Assembly (NCBI GenBank): GCA_965287045.1
Contig: OZ336880.1
Span: 48,546,001 to 48,610,000, forward strand
Direction: 5' to 3'
Origin: Carcharhinus amblyrhynchos
Lineage: Eukaryota
DNA length: 64,000 nucleotides
In this document: positions 25,109 to 36,843 of the stretch, piece by piece
Layout of the letters: every line of letters starts with the position of its first letter
How positions within the stretch are numbered: position 1 is the first letter of the stretch
Notes under the pieces: generated by a model
Seen by the model: the letters and a program-made list of their open reading frames with translations, nothing else
Databases searched by the model: none
What the model was told of the DNA's origin: nothing
Program-made: the position numbers and the translations under genes

Positions 25109-27292
25109 CTAATGCACAAATTAACTAAAAAAACATTCTACAGGCTGGTTTTATTTACAAATAAGTAATTTGAAAGTTTCATGATTAATTGATTATGATT
25201 AACCTTTTAGGAAAGCTGAAATATATACACTCTGTATCCTCATATCATTCTCCAATTAATATGTTTTTGAAAGTTGTAACTTAGAAGTTTTAAGTTTAGT
25301 ACAACAGAATCAGATAATTGTTGATCCAGAGTGAAAACTGAAAATGTTTGTAATAACTGAGAAGTAGTTGGATATAAAGGAACTATGCATATAACTGGCA
25401 TCATTCATGTTGTTAACAACCTTGAAGTAAGTACATTAGTATGCTATAACCTTCCTTTTTGTGGTATCAGGTACACAGTGGCAATATTGAATCATTTGCA
25501 TACAAGTTCTATCATGTTGATATCATCTATTTTTTCTTATTCAGACAAAAACATGCTATCCTAGTGATTTTTGTTTCGAAAAGCTAAAATCTGGTCTTCT
25601 CTACGCTAGAGATTATTTTCTGCTTTATATTCTGGCAGGAACAAACATTTTCTTTCCTATATTGAAGGCAAAAAGTACGTACCTCAGTCTTGTATGGTGT
25701 AAATAAATTCATGCATTTTCAACTATCTGTGTTGTGTAAATTGCATGTGCTGTACTAAATTCTCTGGAATTTGTTATTGCCGTTGTAAGTGTCAGACAAG
25801 CAGATCATATTTACTTTCGTAATTCAAGATGAGTTGCTTCTGTGCAAGGAACTTACTTAGCACCAGTAATTACCTAACTGGTTAGTGATGCATACTTTTG
25901 CATTGTGAACAGGAATGTTTTAATTTATTTGTAAGAAACAGTTAATTGACAGGAGGAATGGCCTCATCAGGACTACATGGATGAAGTGTTTTTTTTCTGA
26001 GCGCATTAATTAGTTTCAAGTGAAATGTGTCGTCTTATTAGTGTTATGTGAAAATGATATAAAACTGTTAATATTGAATAAGCCACCCATTATAAACTCT
26101 GCCCAATTTCTTTTTCATTAAATGGAGAGCAATTTGGACCACATATAGGGAGCAGCCGGTCTGATCGGGCCTGTTCTACGCCATCACCAGATTTAAATTA
26201 TCCCAATTTGTTTTCAACAGAAAAACTGGATGATATAATGGGAGAGCATCGTTGAGACCTGGATATAAACGCAATTCAACCTCTTGGGTTGAAGCTATAT
26301 CTTTCTTCTGCATGTAAGCATCCATCATGCAGCACATTTGGGAAGTCATAACACTGCGCTGGCAGGTACAGGTCCATAACACAAGAATTCACATATTTCA
26401 ATACAAATTGTCGATCATGTAAAAGTTATTGCTATGAGAAATAGAAAAAATCTTGAGTGACTAAAATTGTGAAACATTTTAGTACAAACAGAGGGAGCTT
26501 TATACTGCACTTGACCTTCAAACTAACACCAGATGCTATTGCAAAAAAATGTTCCATTCCAGTACTAATATCATTCACATAAATTCGTACAAAAAGGATT
26601 TTTATTAGTGCAAGCTTTCTCCTGTGCATGACTCACAGACCAAACTACTGCAGCTATATATAAACAGTGGAATACCAGTTGAAAGCAATAACAGACTACA
26701 TTTGTTTTAATACTTCTTTGATGATTTCTCCCACTCAAAATGGGTTCAGGGAATTAACAGTAATAAAGATTTTTTCCTAAAGAGTTGCTGAACAAAGGCC
26801 ATTAATAGGAAATACACAAAAGATTGCTTTGTTTGGTGATCAATATAATAAAATGTATGTTTTGAAACCTAAGTCAGAATCACAACAGGGTGGGAGTGCT
26901 TACAATTTTTAACTGCCAACTGCCTGAATATTGCTCGATAAAGGGATACACTCCATATAAACTCCCAAGTTTGTGAACCTCAAAAAATGCACCAAAACAC
27001 TGTTGTAAGTTAACCAGCCAAAACCACATGGCTTATTAGCACAAAGCACTTGTGGACTTCCCACTGTTTGTCTATCTTGGACCATTAAATGAAAGGAACT
27101 TGTAGGGGAAAGAATCCAGCTTTATAAGAGGACTGCAAGTTTGCAATCTACGGTCCGCATAGTCGTAGATTGCTATAATTGTAACCTGCCTCCCCACTAC
27201 ACAAAGTCATTACCTACATAAATCAGAAAAGCTTTCACTCTTTAAGAAAGTATATCTTGTTAACAGATCTTAGCACCCGATTATTCAAGCCA

Positions 27293-27726
27293 GAACATAA
27301 GAACATAAGAAATAGGAGCAGGAGTAGGCCATCTAGCCCTTCGAGCCTGCCCCGCCATTCAATAAGATCATGGCTGATCTGTCGTGGCTCAGTTCCACTT
27401 TCCCGCCCTCTCCCCATAACCCTTAATCCCCTCTCTTATCAAGAACCCATCAACCCGCTTCTTAAAAATATTTAGCGAGGCAGCCTCCACCACTTCAACG
27501 GGCAGAGAATTCCAGAGATTCACCACCCTTTGAGTGAAGAAGTTCCTCCTCAACTCCGTTCTAAACCGCCTCCCCCTTATCTTGAGGCTGTGCCCCCTAG
27601 TCCATTATAAACTCTGCCCAATTTCTTTTTCATCTTTTTTGAGCGGGAAGAGTCTCTCCACCTCTATCCTATCCATCCTATTCATCATCTTATACGTCTC
27701 AATGAGATCTCCCCTCATTCTTCTAC
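27293..27726 (-). mobile_element. Young 5'-truncated CR1 LINE 3' end containing a 32-bp foreign insert
   Basis: (AGAACATA)n tail at 27293; near-identical reverse complement of ~20445-20850. Confidence 0.95.
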
Positions 27727-28135
27727 TAGTTTCCCAAATAGCTTTAGTAATGCCTTCATATTAAGGCAATCACTGTGCCACCTGTTATGATCTTGAGACC
27801 ATTAACTTTTAGAAAATAATTATGAACTCTGTTATTATCTGAAAGAACCATGCCAGAAAATTTCATATTTGAAACAAAAAAATTGCTATGTAAGAATTTT
27901 ATAAAACAAAGACCTGAATGTATGTGCTTTATAAATCTTTAGATTTTTAACTCAAAAATCTCAACAGATCACATCTTGTTCTGTTTTAATTCCACTCAAG
28001 TGTCCCTTTATACTTTTCAAGATCTTGAAGGTTCTTTAATTTCTCCTGGAATCAAACCAAGGTGCACCACAGCTCTCCAGAAATCACTTTGATTCCCTTC
28101 AGTTCCCAGTTTAGCGCACAGACTTCCAGAGTGCT

Positions 28136-28205
28136 TTCTCTCTCTCTCTCTCTCTCTCTGTCCCTCTGTCTCTTTCTTGCTCTCTCTGCCCTCTGTCTCT
28201 CTATC
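28136..28205. repeat. (CT)n microsatellite with degenerate extension
   Basis: Direct observation. Confidence 0.85.
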
Positions 28206-29279
28206 TGAGGATTCCACTGCTGACCTCTTCCACTAGCTTTACCAGGCTGATCTGACAATTTTAATTTGTCATGAATTTAAATGTTTTCTGAGAATGAGCC
28301 CCAGTTGCAATTTCTGCTTAGTGAGTCCAACTCAGGAGTTGTTTCCTAATGGTCTCTATGCTCCTTGCTCTAGCTGCCAGGACATGCACAACTGCCAGTT
28401 TCAGTTTTCCAAGCTGACTGTTTCTGTGGGAAAATGCATAGATAAATATAAACTAAAAGGGTATCTACCTCCCCTGTAACCTATACCAATGGCAATATGG
28501 TACCCATTGGATATTCCAGATGGAGATTCAAATAAAACACCTGCAGTTACAAAACCTGCCTTTTGATCTGAAAAGTATATGGATATAAATAACTTCCTGT
28601 GTTCATCTGGTGCTTTTTAACCTTTCTTTGATCTAGAGAATTACATGAATAATTCACATCTCTAATGAAGACAAAAACATTTTCCTTAGACCTACTGTCT
28701 ACAGTTTCCCATCTAAACATGCCTACTAGCCATTTTCTGGCCCTCACTGTTCTAACCCTGACCTTGTAAGTACTCAAACTTTCTTTCTCATTTATTTTAC
28801 ATCCCCAACCTAAACATTGTATTCCTAAAACATGTTAATTCTGAAACTGAGCATTTTCTTAGCACATTAATACAGTATTGGACTGACATAACATTTGAAG
28901 GTCATCATCTGGACAGCTAGCTCATGACACCTTTGCAACCAAGGACAGTAATTGAAGAGAGCTATAATGAAGTGCATGCTAAACTGCGTGATTATTTAGC
29001 CTACCATTGTTGAAAATTAATTGGATTGATCAATTGAATAAATTGATCAGATTGGCCAGCAGCTGGCTAAGATGAGACATCCTCCAAAGTAAGTGGTGGG
29101 TCTCCAACCTAAAACCACTTAATGCTCATTCAAGTGTGAAATGTCTGTGGGGTACTCAGATCTGGCAGGGTCTCTACAAATAGTGGAAAGTGACACCTTG
29201 CCATCAAAAAGTTCAGGTTTATAACACCAACTCAAAGGGAAAGGGTGGAAAACACACACATCTAAAAGATGTGCTGGTC

Positions 29280-29930
29280 AGGTGTATTGGCCATGCTAAC
29301 TTCTCCGTCTGTGTACCCAAACAGGCACTGGAATGTGGCAACTAGGGCATTTTCATAGTAACTTAATTGCAGTGTTAATGTAAGCCTACTTACACTACTT
29401 TGGACCCCATATCTAAGGAAGGATGTGCTGGCCTTGGAAAAGGTCCAAAGGAGGATCACTAGAATGATTCGTGGAATGAAGAGCTTGTCATATGAGGAAC
29501 GATTGAGGACCCTGTACTTGTTGGAGTTTAGAAGGATGATGAGGGATCTTATTGAAACTTACAGGATACTGCAAGGTCTGGATAGAATGGACGTGGCGAA
29601 CATGTTCCACTAGTTGGGAAAATCTAGAACCAGGGTCAGGCTAAAGGAATGATCCTTTAAAACAGATAAGGAGGAACTTCTTCAGCTAGAAAATGTGAAT
29701 CTGTGGAGCTCTTTGTGACAAAAGGCTGTGGAGGCCAGGCCATTGAGTATCTTTAAGACGGAGATAGGTTCTTGATTGATAAGGGGATCAGGAGTTATTG
29801 GGAAAAGGCAGAAGAATGAGGATGAGAAAAATATCAGCCATGATTGAATGGCGGAGCAGACTCAATAGGCCGAGTGGCCTAATTTTGCCCCTATGTCTTA
29901 TGGTCTTGTACTTGTGGCACTAATAACTAA
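29280..29930 (+). mobile_element. HE1-related SINE 3' half interrupted by a CR1 3' fragment (~29395-29908)
   Basis: 'ttggccatgctaa' core and tail 'ttttca.agtaactt.attgcagtgttaatgtaagcctactt' resume as 'tacttgtggcactaataa' after the CR1 (LALEKVQRRITRMI..LSYEERL; tatgtcttatggtct tail); TACTT occurs on both sides. Confidence 0.7.
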
Positions 29931-30439
29931 AATTAAGTTAGAGTTAGTGCTAAGGCTGTGAAATTATCAGTAATAAGCAACTAACTATACATTAAAATAT
30001 CTAATACACGTTATTCAAATCAGTGAGCTTATCAGCTGTACATGGAATCACATCTTAATTATGCCAGCTGTCCTTATGTAAACCTTGGATTTTAAATGCG
30101 GTATCAACTTGTGATAAGTAGGACACCACTGATGATGAACCACTTTTGTAACATCCATCAGTTAATGCTACTGAATCAAGTATCTTGAGTTCTCTTACTC
30201 TTTAATATTATTGTGTCAAAGATGTCACTTTTGAATTGGATTGTCCTGGCAATATTTTTGGACATTCTATTACCTAACGCTTTAACCTCATGACATTTGT
30301 CACAAATTTTAAATATTTATTTACCCTAATATCTCAATCAATTTTCCAGCTTGATTGTCTCAGCATTTGCTACTCTGCATACAACGCACATGCTTGATGT
30401 TTAGCCCAACTCTCATGCATTCACAAGGAATATGCTAAT

Positions 30440-31070
30440 AACAATAATACATTGCATTTATATAGCACTTTTAATGTAGAAAAATGTGCCAACATACTTC
30501 ACTGAACCATAAGAGAAAGAATGGCTCTGCACCAAAGAAGAGAATATTAGGAGGCCTGTCCAAAGGGAGTTTTTAAGAAAGATCTTAAAGCAGGAACAGG
30601 AGATAGAGAGGCAGAAGTATTTCCAGAGGCAATTATAGAGTGGGACTTGTATAAGATGAATGCATGGGATGAAGGGAGACAATTGCACTGGAGACTAGAG
30701 TCAGAGGAATGGAGATTTGAGGGAAGCGGTGTAGGAATAGAAATGGTTCAGCAATAGGGAAGTGTGAGGAATATGGGAAAATGTTTAAAATTTGAGACAT
30801 GGGTGACTGGAGCAAACGTAGTTCAGTGAGTAATGGATGAGCAGGACTTGTTGTGGGATAGGAAATAGGGAGCAGAGTTGTGCATAAGTTGAAGTTTACA
30901 GAGTAGGGAGCATGGAAGGCTGGTCAGGACAATACTGAATAGTGAAGACTGAAGATGACAAAGATGGGGGTTTCGGCAGCAGATGGCTGGAAGGGGATGC
31001 AGGAGCAGGCAATGCTTTAGAGAGAAAGTATTCTTTTTGGTGGAGGATATTGTGTAGAATTACACAGAAT
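30440..31070 (-). mobile_element. Old L2-type LINE 3' end
   Basis: Tail 'ttgcatttatatagcacttt' followed by purine-rich sequence whose reverse strand is the pyrimidine-rich L2 ORF2 end and 3' UTR. Confidence 0.55.
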
Positions 31071-32789
31071 ATACAGCACAGCATTAGCTATGACCCAACC
31101 AGCCCATGGTAGCATTTGTGTGAGTATTGAACCTAAGCATTCTGATGTTCACCTAGGTGATGCCAACATGCTCCTCTTTCAACAGCCCCCACATGGTGCT
31201 CCTCATGGCTGGAAAAAATATCGAGGCAGGTGCTCAACAGGCTGAGATGCCTATTTCTGAGGGTCACCATGCACACGATGGTAGACTGCAGAAGCTGCAT
31301 TTGTGCAGAAACAGTCTTGATCACAGGGGCAGGAAGGTCATTGTGTGTCTCAGTCAGAGAGGTGGAGAAGTGGCATCAGAAAATGGGGTCACATGAATTG
31401 TGGCACTTTCGACATCATCCCTTCCTGAGTCAGCCCTTTCACTGCTCAGCTGCACGTCCGTATTTCTTAAAAACAGCTGACTGGGTGTGTATGCATCCAC
31501 TGCAACTGACTAGTCAATACCACAGAATGCATCAAACAATCTGTCCATGCCAGGCTGCCTCTCTGGCATCCATTTGCTGCACTGCTACATATGACTGTCC
31601 ATGAGGGAAGCCCTTCTTTCAATTGAGAAACTCACACCGAGACATTGTGATTCTCATGAATGGACTCTGTGGTATAATTCAAACTATAATATGCTCATGA
31701 GAGGATACATCATCACAGGAAACAATGCAATGCCTCATGATCTTGTTCTCTCTTGTGCCAGATAAAGCCACTATAAGATGTTTCTTAAGAAAATATATCT
31801 GCAAATATTCTGTGTTAGCATAATGAGACCGATATTATAGACTCCTCCATTCTCTGCCCAAGGCATTACATTGCCTCAAGATATTCTGACAGGTATTCCA
31901 TTATTTCCCATTGCAATGCCATCTTATACAAGCACCTGTTTAATATATGACCCCAAGTTCTGCTCTCTGGCTAGGTACCCTAGCTGGAACTGTGCTTTAT
32001 CCTGCAATACAGACGGCCCAGAAAGGTTTCTATTTCCGTTGCTAGCTCCCGCTCTTGTGAAGCTATACTCATCTCATGCTACCCGTTCTAAACTTGCAGG
32101 AAGCCCCACCGAAGTGTTTGTGTGTCTGCATTGATGGAGGATGCATTTCTTTCCAATGGTGTAGTTCCTCAGAGTGCAAGGCTTCCTCTGAGGTAGGGTG
32201 GCCTTCACAATCCATTATTAAATAAATCGCCTGTTTTTTGCAGTCATGTCTTGCTTCACCAAAGGGGTGAGGTCCACTAGCTGGGCCACAGTCTCCTAGG
32301 CTACATATGCTATGATCTCTCTAATGGAACTGTGTAAGGTTTGATGTCCATGCTGCTGCAGTCCAATCAGGGCTGCTGATCCTCCTGCATCCACCCTGGG
32401 AAAGAATAAAACATTAGGTATTTGCAGTCTTTCATTCCTGTAGCTGCTTCATCAGACATCTGTCAGCATGCCATGTGGCATCTAAGAACGAAGAAAATTA
32501 CAGCATAGGAACAGGACCTGCGACCCTCCAAGCCTGAACCGACCATGCTGCCTGTGACCTAAAATCCCCTATCCTCCAGGGGACCATATCCCTCTATTTC
32601 CATCCCTTTCATGTATTTGTCAAAATGCCCCTTGAAAGTCATCTACTGGTTCACATTTTACTGGGATAGTGGGTTTGGGGTCAAAGAAAAATAAATGTGT
32701 CTTGTAGATGAACTGAGGTTAGAAAGAGAATGAGGGTAGATGAGAGGGACCCTAAAGAGAAGTGTCAGATCAGAGCTCAAATAGCACAA

Positions 32790-34580
32790 GCCCAGGGGAA
32801 AGGGGAAGAGTTGATACCCAGAAGCAGCTGAATGAATGATCTCAACCTTTATGAGAAATGAAGTCAATGAGCTCTATCTACTTAAAAATGGTGAGGACTG
32901 GCTGCTTAATGTTAAAAGTGTTCAGAAAGGGCAGGAAAGGGAAAAGTGAGATGGTGCAACAGAAAGACATTCTAGAGGTGGAAAGAAAGTATATCCTGAA
33001 GGGAGAAAAGATAGAATCCACTTAATTAGATCTGAGAAATGAAAAGGATACGCATGTTACTGGGACTATTCTATTGGCCTCCAAATGGAGAATAAGATAT
33101 AAGAGAAATCATTAGGGAAATAAATCACTAGAGATTCACAAGATCAATAGAGGGGTGAGGTTGGAGAATTGAATTACTCAAATATCAGCTGGATAATGTT
33201 AGAGTAAATGGTAAATGGGCTGGAATTTCTGTGCCTGAAGCTTACCACTCCACCCACCATGGGAATCAAAGAGGGCAAGGGGCAGACAATGGGAAGATCC
33301 ATTGACTCTGGGTGGGATTTTACAGTTTCAGGATGAGTGAGACGGTAACCCAAAGTATGTTCAGAAGAACTTCATTGACCAATATGTTCTCACCCCAACT
33401 AGGAAGGAGGCTTTGCTGTATCTGGTGCTGAGAAATGAATTGGGGCAAGTGCTGTCAGGGAACCCTTGTGTAAGAGTTATCATTGTATCATGTACATCTA
33501 TAAGCAATGGAGAAGAGCAAGGAACAATCTAGAGTGTCAAAATTGAAAGATGATTAATTTCAATGTTGTGAGAAGGGACCTATCCAGGGTAAAATGGAAC
33601 CAAAGATTAACAGATAAAACTAACAGAACAATGGGTGATCCTTAAGGAATGTCTCAGATACAGGCTAGGTACATTTCAACAAGGGCAAAAGGTAAGGACA
33701 TCAATGATTAAATGACAGAAAATATGATTAAAGTGATAGAAAATACGATTAAACAAAAAAGAGCATGTATGATACATGTCAGGTGAATTCATCAAGTGAA
33801 AATCCAACCGAATACTATAGGTTGGCAGGGGAAGCAAAGAAGGTTATTTTTCAGATTGGGCAATGACAGACAATGGTTTTCCACAAGGATCAGTACTAGG
33901 ACCATTGCCTTTTTTTAGAATTTTAAAATTTGCTAATGATTCCCAACTTGGAGGTATGGCTAACACTGTAAATGATATCAATCAACTGCAACAGAACATG
34001 GGCTAGCAGAATTGGCAGACAAGTGACAGGTGGAGTTTAATACAGAGAAGTGTGATTCAATTTGGCAGGAGGAGCAGGGAGAGTTAAAATAGAATTAATG
34101 GTACAATTTTAAAGAGTGCACAAGGAAAGAGAGATCTGGGGGATCATATGATAGAGCTTTGAAAATCGCGGGACATATTAAGAGAGCTGTAACAAAGCTT
34201 ATGGGAACTTGCTTCAATATGGAGTTATTGAGTACAAAAGCAGGTAAACCATGAATGATTTTAGCTCCAATGTTCGAAGCAACAAGAGAAGCTGGGGTAA
34301 GTTAGACAAAGAAAAGCCGTTTCCATTAGTTGATTGTACAAGCATTAAGGGACATAAGTTTTGGGCATGAGATGCAAGGGGATTTTACACAGCAAGTGGT
34401 AATGATTTGGAACTTGCTACCTATAAGGGTGATGGATGCAGAAAGATTAATATAGAAAAAAGGAAATTGGATGGGCAAAATAAACTTATGGGGATAGAAT
34501 GGAAGAATAGGACTTGACTGGATTGTTCCAAAGAGAGCTTGGACTCAATGGGCCAAATAGCCTCCTCTGTGCTGTAATGT
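32790..34580 (+). mobile_element. Highly degenerate, internally deleted CR1 LINE
   Basis: Scattered remnants: DQYVLTPTRKEALL.LVL.NE, PQGSVLGPL, W.DK.QVEFNTEKC, V.IWNLLP and a 3' UTR 'atgggccaaatagcctcctctgtgctgtaa'. Confidence 0.7.
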
Positions 34581-34767
34581 AATGAGGTGGAGGTTATATG
34601 GGAGGCTCTGAGGAGATGGTCATCTGGGTGTTGTGGTCTGGCTTTTAAATCTAACAAAAGCAGCAGGCTTATCATAAATTAATTGGTGAAGTTACGATTA
34701 AGGACATGAGCCTGCCTGCATTACATTAATTCCATGGAAGCACTGCTTCTGTACACTAAAACTTGTG

Positions 34768-35108
34768 ATGTGGAGATGCCGGTGTTGGACTGGGATGAAC
34801 ACAGCAAGAAGTCTTACAACACCAGGTTAAAATCCAACTGGCTTATTTGGTAGCACAAGCCACTAGCTTTCGTGGCGTTGCTACTTAATTTGTTAAGTGG
34901 GAGTTCTATTCACAAACAGGGTATATAAAGACACAAACTCAATTTACAAAATTTCCAACCATTATTTTGTAAATTGAGTTTGTGTCTTTATATGTCCTGT
35001 TTGTGAACAGAACTCCCACTTACCTGATGAAGGAGCAGTGCTCCAAAAGCTAGTGGCTTATGCTACCAAATAAACCTGTTGGACTTTAACCTGGTGTTGT
35101 GAGACTTC
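34768..35108. mobile_element. Penelope-derived palindromic element (family B), ~145-bp arms, hammerhead motif at 35016-35056
   Basis: Arms 34808-34952 and 34962-35108 are reverse complements; right arm reads CCAC-TTAC-CTGATGA-A-GGAGC-AGT-GCTCC-AAAAGCTA-GTGG. Confidence 0.8.
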
Positions 35109-35428
35109 CACTGAAATTTAAGAGGTTAATTTCCCACACTATCAGGTGTCACTGTGAATCTGTTAAGAAGGAGAAGGAAACTGAGTCAGTAAACATGTAA
35201 CTGGACCCTCTGAAAATTGTTCAAACTGATCATGAAAAAGATAAACCTTCTGCCCCCATTCTAACGTTAGGATTAACCACTAGGTGAGCGACCATTCGAG
35301 CAAGAGCGTCTCTGACTCAGCTCAATGAGAAAGTCATTAATAGTTTCAAGAGCTGAGTGCCACATTCCACAGTTACCAACATTGAGGTCAGGTGGCTTTG
35401 CCGTTACCGCACTCGAAAGGATGTGACT

Positions 35429-36843
35429 AAGAACATAAGAACATAAGAAATAGGAGCAGAAGTAGGCCATCTAGCCCTTCGAGCCTGCCCCGCCATCCAG
35501 TAAGATCATGGCTGGTCTGTCATGGCTCAGTTCCACTTTCCTGCCCTCTCCCCATAACCCTTAATCCCCTCGCTTATCAAAAACCCATCAACCCGCGTCT
35601 TAAAAATATTTAGCGAGGTAGCCTCCACCACCTCAACGGGCAGAGAATTCCAGAGATTCACCACCCTTTGAGTGAAGAAGTTCCTCCTCAACTCTGTTCT
35701 AAACCACCCCCCCTTTATCTTGAGGCTGTGCCCCCTAGTTCTACTGTCCTTTCTGAGCAGGAAGAGTCTCTCCACCTCTATCCTATCCATCCCATTCATC
35801 ATCTTATATGTCTCAATGAGATCTCCCCTCATTCTTCTAAACTCTGACGAGTACAAGCCTAGTTTATTCAGTCTCTCCTCATAGCTCAGCCCCCTCAACT
35901 CCGGCATCAGCCTAGTAAACCTCCTCTGCACTCCCTCCAAGGCCAAAATATCCTTGCATAAGTGCGGCAACCAAAACTGCACACAGTACTCCAGCTGCGG
36001 CTTCACCAGTGCCCTATACAGCTGCAGCAAGACCTCCCTACTTTTATATTCAATCCCCCCTTGCTATGAAGGCCAGCATCCCATTAGCCTTCCTGACCAC
36101 CTGCTGCACCTTCAGGCTGGGTTTTTGCGACTCATGCACAAGGACCCCGAGGTCCCTCTGCACCGTCGCCTGCTGCAGTTTTTCACCACATAAGTAATAG
36201 TCCTTCCTACCATTTTTCCTACCAAAGTGGACCACCTCGCACTTGCCAACATTAAATTTCATTTGCCAGTTCCTGGCCCATTCGCCCAGCCTATCTAGAT
36301 CCTTCTGCAGACTCTCCACACCCTCCGCACAATTTGCCGTTCCACCAATGTTGGTGTCATCAGCAAATTTCGACACCATACACTCGGTTCCCTCCTCTAG
36401 ATCATCTATATAAATGGTAAATAGCTGAGGCCCCAGCACCAATCCCTGGGGCACTCCACTAGTCACCAACTGCCAATCCAAATAGCACCCATTGACCCCC
36501 ACTCTCTGCCTCCTATTTGACAGCCAATCCTCTATCCATGCTAACACCCTACCCCCAACTCCATGCCCCCTTACCTTCTGCAATAACCTCTTGTGAGGCA
36601 CCTTGTCAAACGCCTTCTGAAAATCAAGAAAGACCACATCCACCGGCTCTCCTCTATCCACCGCCCTAGACACATCGTCATAGAACTCCAATAAATTTGT
36701 CAGACACGACTTCCCCATAACGACTTGCTGCGTCTGCTCAATCAAGCAATTCCCCTCAAGATGCCTCGCTATTTCCTCCTTGATGACGGATTCTAACATT
36801 TTACCTACAACAGACGATAAACTAACCGGCCTATAATTCCTGA
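35429..36843 (-). mobile_element. Young 5'-truncated CR1 LINE (1.4 kb) with RT domain
   Basis: ORFs 36050-36889 and 35527-36030 give NYRPVSL, KSCLTNLLEF, LDFQKAFDKVPH, SGVPQG, KFADDT; one frameshift near 36055; (AGAACATA)n tail; near-identical to 19925-20851. Confidence 0.96.
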
